This document shows, in pieces, positions 54,801-63,242 of a stretch of DNA of 64,000 nucleotides. The stretch lies in the IMG/VR virus record IMGVR_UViG_3300030376_004742, positions 19,900-83,899 of that record; one strand, written 5' to 3'. Position numbers and translations under genes: made by a program. The stretch is from a virus (lineage: Duplodnaviria; Caudoviricetes). How positions within the stretch are numbered: the first letter of the stretch is position 1; every line of letters begins with the position of its first letter. The notes under the pieces were generated by a model. That model was not told the origin of the DNA. It saw only the letters and a program-made list of their open reading frames with translations, and searched no databases.

Positions 54801-57383
54801 TACCATAAACTTTATGGCTGCTGTAGCATTAAGCTTACCTGAAACTTCATAAGAAGATTTTAAGAAAGTACTTTTTTCTCTATCTTCTTCATTCATTTCT
54901 TCTACATCTTCTTCAGTAATTTTTTCTGCCGTAAGTTTTTTACGTCCATTTCTTACTTTCTTTAAACCTAAAGAATTTCTTAAATAAGAATCAACTTCTT
55001 TTAACCAAAAGACCTCAATCTCACCAGTATTTTCATCAAATAGTTGTTCTAGTCTTTCTATAAGATCTGTATTACCTGCTTCTTCTGCAGCAATAGCTGA
55101 ATCTGCAATTGCATCTCCTATAGTTTCTAAAGTAATTTTGTTAGCTCTTAAGTCAGTTGCGTTATTAACATCTACAAAAGCAATAGAAGCTAACTCTCTA
55201 GTAATTTTATTTACTTCAGTTATATCAAATGTAGGGTGTACTTTATAAGCAACACCTCTTACTATATTAGGTTTAACAGTTTTATATTTACCTGTACTAA
55301 TATTAGTAAATAATTTATCTACTGTACCTCTTTTACTAAATACGTTTTTAATCCAAGCAGCTAGTTTTTCAAATAAACCTTTAATACCTGTAGAGTATTC
55401 TGCTCTTGGGTTTTCCATATATAAAGAAAAATCATCAGCTAAAGCTTCTTCATAAAAGATTTCTTCTGCTACTTCTTCAGTAACATTATGTCTTAATTTA
55501 AGATCTAATAATTCTTTAGCAGTTGGTTTAAGATAAACTTGTTTAGCCTCTGCAAGAATCTGAGCTTGTTCTGTCTCATTTAAAATAGTTCTAAAGACAG
55601 CGTGAAAACCTTCATGAAAAGCTGTTCCTTTAGGTCCAGTTTTAGATAAATGAATTATAGAATCTTTAAACATTCCCATTACTGGTAACCCTCCTGATAA
55701 AACTTTAACATAGCCGTCATGTAACTTAGTTACTATTTCTTTAGGTAATAAAGAAGACATATGTTTTGCTTCATCTTTTAAACTAACAAACTCACTTGGT
55801 TTAGTACTTAATACTTTATAAGCTTCACCTGTATTTGTATTTTTATTAGCTTTACGTGCAGCCATCTTTTTCTGCAGAGCTGACAGTGGTTTAGCAGTTG
55901 TTTCAGTTGTTGGCTCAGTAGTTTGTACTTCAGCTCTTTCTGTAACAACCCAACGTCCATCTTTTTTTACAGCTTTACCTCTTTTAGTTGTATAAATTTG
56001 GTTTGCATTTTTATCTAATGTTTCTGTAGCTACATATGCTGCTTTGTTTAAATATAAATCTGGAAAGTTAAGTGCTTCTTCACCATTATAACGGGCTACT
56101 CCATCTACTACACCTCGTTTTCTATTAAAAAATTCAAACTCAGCTGTATTACCATCTTGACTTACAAAGAATTTAGTATATTTACTTCCTGCTCTATCTG
56201 TCTTATCAGTAACAACTTTATTACCTTCTGTTTTTAATTCTGCACCATACTCAACACGATCTGATGTAAATAATTCAGTTTGTGTTCCTGATGTTACTTT
56301 TCTTTTCTTTGGTGTAAGATAATCTATACTCTCACGTACAGGACCATCTAATGCATCTAATCCAATAGAAAGTTCTTCAGCTCCTACTGTAAAGATATCT
56401 GCAACAACTTTATAAGGAGTCTTTGGATGTATTTGTTCTACATGGATATTTTTACCGTTTTTAATAGCGTATATAATATCGTTAGCTAATGAACTTAACC
56501 ACTCATAAAATCTTTCTATTGCTCCTTTAGTATTAGTACCAGTCTCTGGATTAATATTACCTTTACCATACTCACTTAAAGTATAAGCTAGTATTTCTTT
56601 TTTAGCAATATTAGTTGTTAAACTGCCGTAGTTCTTTTTAACATGTTCTAAAATAGAAGCTACTTCACTACTTTTCTTAGCATCTTTTCTAATACTAGAA
56701 AGCATGTTGTTAAATAATTCTGGATTGTTTTTTTGTAATGCATCAACAAATGGATGTGCAAACTCATGAATAACTGTTTCTTCAGTTAAACCTTTTTCAC
56801 TAAAGTTGATTGCTCCAGTCTTAGGATCAAAAGATGCAGTAACAACTCCTTCTGTTGTAGTAAAAGCATTCTTAGGTGATAAAGATAAAGTATAGTAATT
56901 TTTTGATCCTACACCTAACTCTATTACTTTTGCTCTTGCTACATCTCCTCTATTAACATCTTGTGATAATTTTAGAACTTTTTTGTAGTTAGCATCTGTT
57001 TTTAACCATTTCTTTGGTTTAGTAGAATCCTTTTTATCTAATAGATCTAATTCTTTATACATGTTCATAGTAGCTTGTAAAGCAGTTCTATTATTAATGT
57101 AATCACTTAGTTCTTTAACAGTAGGTTCTACTGACTGGTTTTGAAATTTATTGCGGAAAGCTTTTGTGTACATGTGAGCTTTAATACTCATTGCATGTGC
57201 ATCGCTAGCTATTTCCGGGTGAGTAACTAAACTATTCCATAGGGTAGATGGAGAACCATCTGGGTTATTCCAGATAGGCTCTCCTCCATTTTCATACCAT
57301 ACAGATGTAGCTATGCTATCACCTAAAGCAGCTTCCATTGTTTTGAAAGCCGCTGTATTTTTATTTGGACAAAATTTGCTCAT
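48894..57383 (-). CDS. Virion-packaged DNA-dependent RNA polymerase, crAss-like single-chain two-barrel type (2829 aa)
   Basis: Catalytic GSDFDIDK (DFDID at 51252-51266), RIPNQ, TDAQAWI and DF.KR motifs; size and position as in phi14:2 gp66-type RNAPs. Confidence 0.9.
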   Translation of the reverse strand: MSKFCPNKNTAAFKTMEAALGDSIATSVWYENGGEPIWNNPDGSPSTLWNSLVTHPEIASDAHAMSIKAHMYTKAFRNKFQNQSVEPTVKELSDYINNRTALQATMNMYKELDLLDKKDSTKPKKWLKTDANYKKVLKLSQDVNRGDVARAKVIELGVGSKNYYTLSLSPKNAFTTTEGVVTASFDPKTGAINFSEKGLTEETVIHEFAHPFVDALQKNNPELFNNMLSSIRKDAKKSSEVASILEHVKKNYGSLTTNIAKKEILAYTLSEYGKGNINPETGTNTKGAIERFYEWLSSLANDIIYAIKNGKNIHVEQIHPKTPYKVVADIFTVGAEELSIGLDALDGPVRESIDYLTPKKRKVTSGTQTELFTSDRVEYGAELKTEGNKVVTDKTDRAGSKYTKFFVSQDGNTAEFEFFNRKRGVVDGVARYNGEEALNFPDLYLNKAAYVATETLDKNANQIYTTKRGKAVKKDGRWVVTERAEVQTTEPTTETTAKPLSALQKKMAARKANKNTNTGEAYKVLSTKPSEFVSLKDEAKHMSSLLPKEIVTKLHDGYVKVLSGGLPVMGMFKDSIIHLSKTGPKGTAFHEGFHAVFRTILNETEQAQILAEAKQVYLKPTAKELLDLKLRHNVTEEVAEEIFYEEALADDFSLYMENPRAEYSTGIKGLFEKLAAWIKNVFSKRGTVDKLFTNISTGKYKTVKPNIVRGVAYKVHPTFDITEVNKITRELASIAFVDVNNATDLRANKITLETIGDAIADSAIAAEEAGNTDLIERLEQLFDENTGEIEVFWLKEVDSYLRNSLGLKKVRNGRKKLTAEKITEEDVEEMNEEDREKSTFLKSSYEVSGKLNATAAIKFMVAMTPKMNIIDKSKPATLDNMTQTLSPLTGLPVLVDFGMFYNDVENILSNIVSTKNEDGTTHDPLRTMLTELKKQAKYKPEMLLLANKIETSESEQLRTQFYNAFSKHKGSFVHHQIAGKKKQKNLLSKISTSNFSTKSAVILDSWIYNFAEKMTVLDPVSKDKVYSEQKIIDFFVSKDALRNEIDLYEELSESGEKFDPTQLNAAFAQTLNTLGVNLNPNTINYIVEDRIDMDEDLSYAEKYAAEILNLYSEFDKATAELADRKGNIFNNNHLSNERSFFKNTLAEYESYFKHIPGESAFVGPDGNMIYSYQNFDLTSKTVNKIKQGDLSHLTNVKKSAYGKHSVWATEMLDGVNGQANREDFGLHMYGNLKSEETAGDKGAKASELKEIDTYMDVVNKQLNGYYIGLAEADKSRQTYFKGPKLRNSGFTAKEMNNTDGKFVMSPKADGLRILKGYLADELSRMSIAHDVVYGTQSAEAVPEEKWILNYHYYNAPKGYTGETIGKNNDKIKGNAFYSLLFPNLNLQELGLQTQDGVMLSRNETNFWNNKNIDQALMKDFAELVKDELAYATKVGLIATEETSDKTKTKYVNKLISSNVVNTAQYKQGAEIDIVRVIADYTLNSIIGNVEQTKLFNMDPAGYKIKGVGIAPWNTIDHFSDFTKRIPASAASGLDYRIYDNADGTPGVRPAYTSATIANIETPSAFFGERTEDGDVRFNEDNLKEVSKVTGLEVTKLKNLFAPYLEINQTDAQAWITLDTYKERLNGVGQWTDAHEAAYNKMINGEQLPATEIALFAQPLKTVHAEPYMTENNEMLMQYNKQSEAVLLPFMADLELGKIMTAMENQGLDHVIVLDGKKAGASGIIDVTDGQGNILASKDIKFNPVSLSYDYLFLQQDLPTKQVGDKLVGSQMTKNVLSVVNPEGKYFNDTKTGEEVIALHNEVIGRLSDQGSVELDKAVGYNKKDRAFDFEIDKNAPSKLHNTLINEFEGEISEDHVQALSEKVPFDGLPIKTKIQNKLLSVTNKKTVKLKQSGAALIQMADLGFIGSKVKLTDKVKDGIIWFKDPTTRLEPMNIKEGKVNPAQILMPHSKIVEMLAGNSKAAIAAQDMLEEKYKTRNFKDLTHEQLSTLIETEALEGLSYRIPNQGPSSNDAFIIAGILPAEMGDTMVAFSDVTTKTGSDFDIDKAFVMVPNFYYDQEAGMIKKVGYEIDDLAGTSKAGLQNLRLDLAREMLLHKDAYASVMAPLDDPWLENMAKDLFPAERSTKNLSFFTGRTQMLNKATFDNAKSLVGTIANHMTSHALFTAEEISFKDVNLGLGNLTEEGWTNLSAKFDVEGNEIAATLGAFMNAIVDAAKDPYISRANINQTTAGVAFMLVRAGVPRDWVVSFIGQPIIKDLIAAQNGKEGRFGEETYSAQLQKVLSPVELVLKKYTNVESLEAEFRTQIKDGETVTNITKLTAQDLQKLIKGEVTSSKYTAKGSLAKSMDAADQKKFQELGRKREQLDILGTFLHFQNQAKGLNEVIRVSKADVNGAGKNLISAHMSKNLLDKVLLSDTFTGLNNYFGISEDGTYISGKDSKMLGRYFENSVENVLEKYSRFFISGSAASIELTSKVIKSAGREFVTNPDVESLAFKVSNEIYAAVASETDVFNLDPTELKELLYGSKTKKSISARVQKAKNTIKDNLLIDGLQIRAGRFGAPDKVMLPNTETVKETKESLFNAWSDLLASEDVATQELGKDLILYSFFTTGYSKGVGSFAEHTPQGWLKEQGFNEQINGKNQELQDNIFALTEKQDAIFKNLYRNNQLVPVVSDQVSDVITMKDGTNLTVNKDDAFTIPESAAGNYAVNEGPNGMIFKDYVKRSEVIKGPFGEVIATEYKLYKLAGYTHNQDAVYIRTNTLGMSGQGNNIKEYIGDPNISLFEKNNVSLPKGIQNLVDELSKRSINPESTEITFDKNDQMGSVEDREVFCLMI

Positions 57384-57407
57384 GATTTAATTTTTAATTC
57401 TCATTTA

Positions 57408-57438
57408 CAAAGATACATAAAATTCTACAGTTTAACAA
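57408..57438 (-). promoter_or_regulatory. Bacteroidota sigma promoter TTG-N20-TATCTTTG for the RNAP gene
   Basis: Plus CAAAGATA (57408-57415) and CAA (57436-57438). Confidence 0.75.
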
Positions 57439-60400
57439 GGATTATCCTCAAAACTATCTTCATTTAAATCACTTTGTAAAAAGTTAACTTTTATTGTATT
57501 ACCACCTTCTAATTTAATTCCTTCTTGAAACATTTTAATAGAGTTAGCTACATTTTTAGAAATCTGAGGTTGTTTTACCTCTGTTGGTACTGCAGTTTTT
57601 AATCCTGCATCTATCTCTATTTGTGATAAAGCTCTCTCATTAATTTCAGTTTCATAATCGGATACATGTGTTTCAAAAGGTACACTAGCGTCAAATTGTG
57701 CTCTAGAGAATATACTATGTTGGTATTCATGCTCTATAACAAAGTTTTCCCACTCTTGGTAAGTCTTAAATTGGTCAGCAGGTAATTCTTTTGCTTGTCC
57801 TGTAATTACTTGACCATTAATAGTTTCTTTAAGAGTTCTTGGATTAGTCCAAGCTTTTTCTGCAAACTTTTGTTGTAACAATTCTCTGTCTAATTTAATT
57901 GTTTTATTCTTGCTGTTATACTGAGCTGCTCCTTTAGTACCTTCGTTAGTAGTAATGTTTTTAGTATTCTCTACTTTGATACCTTTATACGATGAAGCTA
58001 AGTTAACAGGTTTAGATTTTTCTACAGATACAGCTGGATTCTTTTTTAACTCTGCTGTTTTAATTTTATCTGTAGCCGTTAAAGGAACAAATGATAACTG
58101 AACTAATGCTTTAGTAGTTCCGTGTACTTTATCATCTATTGGGTATCCAACTTGTACTGGTACAACTCCTATTTCTTTAGCAGTTAATCCATATGTATTA
58201 TTTAATAATATTCTATACATAGAAATTTGATCAGTATGTTTTTGTTTCTTAGACTTACCAAATCGTTTACTTGTATACTTAGGTAATGTATCTCCTTTAT
58301 ATTTTTCTTTAAAGTTATTACCACGCATTGTTTTTACGTCATAAATTCTAACATATCCTTCTTTATCAACAGATAATAAATCTACTTCACCAGCTACTCC
58401 TAATTCATCATTAAATAATATAATGTTATCTGACATAATAGTCTCACCTCTACTATCTAATTCTGCTTTAAAAGTTTTTAATTGTTCTACAAAAGCATTA
58501 ATATGCTCTCTTGAAGCAACTCCTTCTTTTCCACCTATAACATAAGTTTCAACATCTAAAGTTCCTTTAAAGAAATCTCTAATTAAGTTATCTACTTTAG
58601 TACCAATTGTAGTTGCAGACTCTAATAATGGAGTCATCTCTACTTCTTCTTCTGCAATAAAGTTAGAAACTCTTTGGTATTTTTGACCTGTTTCTGTATT
58701 AGTATATCCACTACCATCTTCAGCTAATACTACTTTACCTTGATCGGCTAATAACTTTTCTAATTTAGCTTTTCTAGTTTCTACCGTATCTTCTGTTGTA
58801 ACTTCAGCAGTAGTTTCTGTTGGTTCAGTTACTGGAGCTTCTTCAGTTGTAGGTTTAGTACGATCTGCTAATTGTTTTTCTAAAGCTGCTATTTGAGATT
58901 CTATCCCTGGTATATTAGCTTTATTACCAAACTCTCCTGCTTCAAATACTAAATCATTTTTTAATGATAAAATCTGTTGCTCTAATGTTTCTGTTGGAGC
59001 ACTTTTAGCAGCTTGTGTTGCAGCTAAGTTTGTAGACTTCATCTTTGGTGAATAATTAATAACTGGTTGTACAAATAAATTCCCTGCTGGGGTAGTCTTT
59101 GCATTAGTAGTTAAAATTTTAGTATCATTTACATAAGTTTTATATGCGTCTGATTCCATTCTTTTAGCATCTACTTGTCTACGTTTGTTATTCATTAACC
59201 AAGTAATAAACTGTTCTTTACCTGCATTACTTTTTAATCTTTCTACAGTTAGTTTGTCTTTACCAAATTGTACAACATTAGGTAACGCTACTCCTTTTTT
59301 AGATTGTGTATTAACAAAATGTCTTAATACATAATCACCTTTAGCAGCTGTTCTAGATCCCTCATAAACTAAATGACTTAATAATTCTTGGTAAGTCATT
59401 TCAGATAAGTTTTCTATATAGGTCTGCATCCCTGTTATTCTTGGGTCTTCACTATTATTTATAAACTCTAATATTCCGTCACTAATTGGTTGACTTATAA
59501 AAGAAGGATTTTGTAATACATCAGTATATATTCTATGTATTAAAGTTGCTTCTCCTTTACCTAATTCATTAGCATGTAATCTAACACCAACAGGTTTACC
59601 ATTAGCTGTAGCAGCGTTAACATAAAAAGCTCCTGGTGTTGCAGTCCTACCTAAAGAAAATTTAGCTCTTCCGTTAGGACGTACATAGTTACCTTTTTTA
59701 TCCCCAACAAAAATTGTCATTTTACTTATTGGTTTTTTAAAAGTTTGTGCAATAAACTGTTTTTTAAAAGCTCCTGTATTGTCTACTTCGCTTATAAGTT
59801 TACCTTTACTTTTTCCTGTTAACTTTGTAGTTACTGTATTACCTTTTAACATTTCAGAGATAATAGCTTTTTTATGTAACGTAGTTACCGAAGCATGGTA
59901 TTCAGAAACACCTGGATATTTAGGTGCTCCATTTTTCTTAAAGAAGAAACTTGGATCATGCATACTCATAGTTAACTCTACACCTTTATGTGTAACAGGC
60001 TTACCATTTTTTATAAGTTTAGCTGTCATTGGCATATAACCTATATCTTCAAAAGACGGCATTTGTCCTGCTTGTAGTTGTTTCATCATTCTTACATAGC
60101 GTGGGTTAGTTTTATTTTGTGCTAACCACCCTTTGTTAAATTCAAATACTACTTCAACTCCATCTAATGTATTACCTGGTGTCTCTAAGTAATCACTTAA
60201 AGCTTGTTGTTCTGGTGTTACATCTTTAGCAGCTGGATTATTAGCAGATAACCATGCTAACTGACCATCACTAGTTTCACTTAGTGTAGTATCGGTATAA
60301 CTATCAGTAATAGTTTGAGATCCGGAGTCTTTATTAATTGGAACTTCTAAATCTTCATACTCACTAGCTTCTATTTCTAAATCTAAATCTGAAATAGGAT

Positions 60401-63230
60401 CTACTGAAAGATCTGTGTCTTCCGGAGCGTCGTCTGTGTTTTCTTCTACTTCTACGTCACTTGGAGACTTTTCGTTAAATGTAATATTAGCACCAGTTTC
60501 ATTAAGTGCTTCTTTAGCTATTCTTTCTTGTTCTATTAAATCTGCATCATCCTCTGCTTCTTCTTTAGCAGCTTTTGGATTTGCTTGTTGACGTTGTCTA
60601 AAATCAGCAACACGGTGTTTTAATTCAAATAAATCTTCATCTGTTTTAGCAAACTCAGAGTATGAAGCACCATTTTTAATTGCTTCAGAAACTTCTGCTA
60701 TATTTAACTCATCAATAGAACTTACACTTTCTTGAGGGTCCTGCTCAACAGTTGGATCAACAGTCTTTTCTCTTGACTTTTCCTGCGCTTCTTTAGCTCG
60801 TTTAGCTTTATCAGCTGCTTTTGCCGCTTTATAAGCCTCTGCTCTACGTCTTTTAAATTCTCTACGGCCATCTCGTGAAGTTAAATAAGTTAATTCTTCT
60901 ATATTCTTTTCATTTTGTAAATCTAACAAATGCTTTTTAGCTGATGCAACAGTTAACTCTTCTGCTCCATTTTCAACAGATTTAACAGCTAATTTATCTG
61001 CTTTAGACATTTTAGATTCTTTAACTAATTCGTTAAAAGCTTCTTGTCTAGACTCAATAAATTCTCTACCTTCTTTTAATTGTTGTTCTAAAATAGCTCT
61101 TTCTTGTTCTGTTAGATTATTACTTTCTAATTGTTTTTCAAGAACGCCTAAACTTAATTCCATTCCTTTAATATCTAATTGCATATCTACAGCCATACGA
61201 CCATCTTTAGATACATTATCATACGCAGGAATAACGTTTTTCTTTTCTTGTTCTATTTTATTTGCCAGTGCTGGTGCTTGTGTTTTATATAGGTGTTGTT
61301 GGAATTGTCGCGCAGCTACTTGTTCTGCTAATCCATATGTATATTTACCTTTAGCTCTAGATACTAAGTCTGCAGCTACATCCATATGTCCTATCCATTC
61401 ATCTATATTTTCTACAAAATCACCAAACTGTTCTTTAATGTCATATTGTTCTTGTTCTTCTGGTGTTGCGTTTTTTAACTGAGCCATAGCTTCTCTAGCT
61501 TGATCCCAGTTATTTGCTGTCTCTGCTTCTCTAGCCATATTAAATGCTAGGTTAGCTTTAGATTGAAAAATTGCTTCTTCATCACCAGTTTGTTCTGCTT
61601 GCTTTACTAGATCTAAATCATGTGCTAATCTTTGGTATCTTGTTTTAGCTTCGTTAACTCTTACATCTTCTGCAGTTAACATTGTTTCTCCTTTACGGAA
61701 TGCTTTATTAGCTAAATTCATTACGCTAGGACCTACTGCTGAAAACACGCCACCACCTAATGCACCAAACACCATAGATGTTTGCATTTCTGCATCATTT
61801 AAATATTTATTAAATCTATTCTCGCCATCATTACCAAATAATGTAGATTCATTTGGATCTACTAATCCAGCTTGAATATCACCCATACGTTTACCTTCTT
61901 CAGCAACGATAAATTGATATCCTTCTTCTATACCTTCAGAAAACATAGTGCTTCCTGTAGCTCTGAATCCTTTTGTTTTATTTAGTATGTTATTATTTTT
62001 TAACCAACCTGGTTTCTTTGCATGTAATGTTTTTCTTAATGCTTTTCCTCCAGCACCTAACATCATATATTGAGGTATATCCGTTGCCATAGCTAACCAG
62101 TTCCAGTTGTAAGTAAAAGATGCAGCTTTTCCTGCGGCTTTTCTTGCATCTTCTTCTGACATATCTTCTTGCTCCATATAGTAATCATACTTTTCTTTGA
62201 AGACACCAGTAGCTTCCATTTGGGATTCTATTAAACGTGATATAACTGCTTTATGAATACCATCTGCAGCTATTCTAGTTGTCTGACTTGCCATAGGCAT
62301 TGCATCCATCATTTTATCTACTGTCTTAGTTCCTTTAGCAAGTCCACGTCCAAGTTTACCTAATCTACCAGCTTGACCTAAATAGTTTAAGCCTTTACCT
62401 GCTAATGCAGCTCCTCGTGCCCATCCAGCAACCGGTATAAGAATAGATGCTGTTGATGCTACTGAAACTCCATTTTCAGCCCACCAACCATCACCATGTA
62501 GCATATTTTCCCACATAGTTCTATTTGCATTATCAGGATCTGCATGAATAGGAGCAACTTCTCTAATCCATTCTTTTCCTTCACCAGCCCAATCAGAGAA
62601 CCAGTTACCCCAATCTCCTTCAGCTCCCATCATCTTAGATCCCCAATGCTGTACATCAAGTAAATATCCAATACCTTCTAAAGTCCCCATAACAACTTCA
62701 CCTGCTACAGATTGTGCAGCAAAGCCAGCAAATTCACCCCAAAATCCTTGGTCTTGTGAATTTTTCTTAGCTTCATTATATTCGGCTTTAATAAGTCTCT
62801 CTTGAATTAACTTGTTACCATCTGTTAAAGAAGTTTTTAAGTCTGTATGTTCTTGAATATAATCAAACTTTTCTGCCCAATTAGTATTACTAAGCTCTTG
62901 AGATCCTTCACCTATAGTAGTTTTAAATCTCGGTTTAGCTGCCGCCCGTTTTCTGTTTTGTTCCATGACACGACGAACATCAGCACTATTTTCTCCAAAA
63001 TCTTGTGTTCGGATTTCTTCTGGAGGTAGATTTTCTTCTGTAATACCTTGTTTTTTATAGCTATCTTTAATTTGCTTATCTCTTGCTCCAATTGCACCAG
63101 TATTATATCTAGGTTTAGGAAAATCTTCCTTTAAATTAGTATTACTTTTTTTATGGGTTGGTTCGCCGTCCACATTTATTTGTGGAACTGCATTACCTTC
63201 TTCTAAGTTTACTTCGTTATTTTCTTCCAT
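57432..63230 (-). CDS. Giant virion cargo protein with PD-(D/E)xK nuclease-like and HExxH domains (1932 aa)
   Basis: Gly/Ala-rich hydrophobic helices, coiled coil and acidic linker; GEVDLL..D..G...IYDVK plus Q..MY; HEYQH. Confidence 0.7.
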   Translation of the reverse strand: MEENNEVNLEEGNAVPQINVDGEPTHKKSNTNLKEDFPKPRYNTGAIGARDKQIKDSYKKQGITEENLPPEEIRTQDFGENSADVRRVMEQNRKRAAAKPRFKTTIGEGSQELSNTNWAEKFDYIQEHTDLKTSLTDGNKLIQERLIKAEYNEAKKNSQDQGFWGEFAGFAAQSVAGEVVMGTLEGIGYLLDVQHWGSKMMGAEGDWGNWFSDWAGEGKEWIREVAPIHADPDNANRTMWENMLHGDGWWAENGVSVASTASILIPVAGWARGAALAGKGLNYLGQAGRLGKLGRGLAKGTKTVDKMMDAMPMASQTTRIAADGIHKAVISRLIESQMEATGVFKEKYDYYMEQEDMSEEDARKAAGKAASFTYNWNWLAMATDIPQYMMLGAGGKALRKTLHAKKPGWLKNNNILNKTKGFRATGSTMFSEGIEEGYQFIVAEEGKRMGDIQAGLVDPNESTLFGNDGENRFNKYLNDAEMQTSMVFGALGGGVFSAVGPSVMNLANKAFRKGETMLTAEDVRVNEAKTRYQRLAHDLDLVKQAEQTGDEEAIFQSKANLAFNMAREAETANNWDQAREAMAQLKNATPEEQEQYDIKEQFGDFVENIDEWIGHMDVAADLVSRAKGKYTYGLAEQVAARQFQQHLYKTQAPALANKIEQEKKNVIPAYDNVSKDGRMAVDMQLDIKGMELSLGVLEKQLESNNLTEQERAILEQQLKEGREFIESRQEAFNELVKESKMSKADKLAVKSVENGAEELTVASAKKHLLDLQNEKNIEELTYLTSRDGRREFKRRRAEAYKAAKAADKAKRAKEAQEKSREKTVDPTVEQDPQESVSSIDELNIAEVSEAIKNGASYSEFAKTDEDLFELKHRVADFRQRQQANPKAAKEEAEDDADLIEQERIAKEALNETGANITFNEKSPSDVEVEENTDDAPEDTDLSVDPISDLDLEIEASEYEDLEVPINKDSGSQTITDSYTDTTLSETSDGQLAWLSANNPAAKDVTPEQQALSDYLETPGNTLDGVEVVFEFNKGWLAQNKTNPRYVRMMKQLQAGQMPSFEDIGYMPMTAKLIKNGKPVTHKGVELTMSMHDPSFFFKKNGAPKYPGVSEYHASVTTLHKKAIISEMLKGNTVTTKLTGKSKGKLISEVDNTGAFKKQFIAQTFKKPISKMTIFVGDKKGNYVRPNGRAKFSLGRTATPGAFYVNAATANGKPVGVRLHANELGKGEATLIHRIYTDVLQNPSFISQPISDGILEFINNSEDPRITGMQTYIENLSEMTYQELLSHLVYEGSRTAAKGDYVLRHFVNTQSKKGVALPNVVQFGKDKLTVERLKSNAGKEQFITWLMNNKRRQVDAKRMESDAYKTYVNDTKILTTNAKTTPAGNLFVQPVINYSPKMKSTNLAATQAAKSAPTETLEQQILSLKNDLVFEAGEFGNKANIPGIESQIAALEKQLADRTKPTTEEAPVTEPTETTAEVTTEDTVETRKAKLEKLLADQGKVVLAEDGSGYTNTETGQKYQRVSNFIAEEEVEMTPLLESATTIGTKVDNLIRDFFKGTLDVETYVIGGKEGVASREHINAFVEQLKTFKAELDSRGETIMSDNIILFNDELGVAGEVDLLSVDKEGYVRIYDVKTMRGNNFKEKYKGDTLPKYTSKRFGKSKKQKHTDQISMYRILLNNTYGLTAKEIGVVPVQVGYPIDDKVHGTTKALVQLSFVPLTATDKIKTAELKKNPAVSVEKSKPVNLASSYKGIKVENTKNITTNEGTKGAAQYNSKNKTIKLDRELLQQKFAEKAWTNPRTLKETINGQVITGQAKELPADQFKTYQEWENFVIEHEYQHSIFSRAQFDASVPFETHVSDYETEINERALSQIEIDAGLKTAVPTEVKQPQISKNVANSIKMFQEGIKLEGGNTIKVNFLQSDLNEDSFEDNPC

Positions 63231-63242
63231 AATTTCTATATA

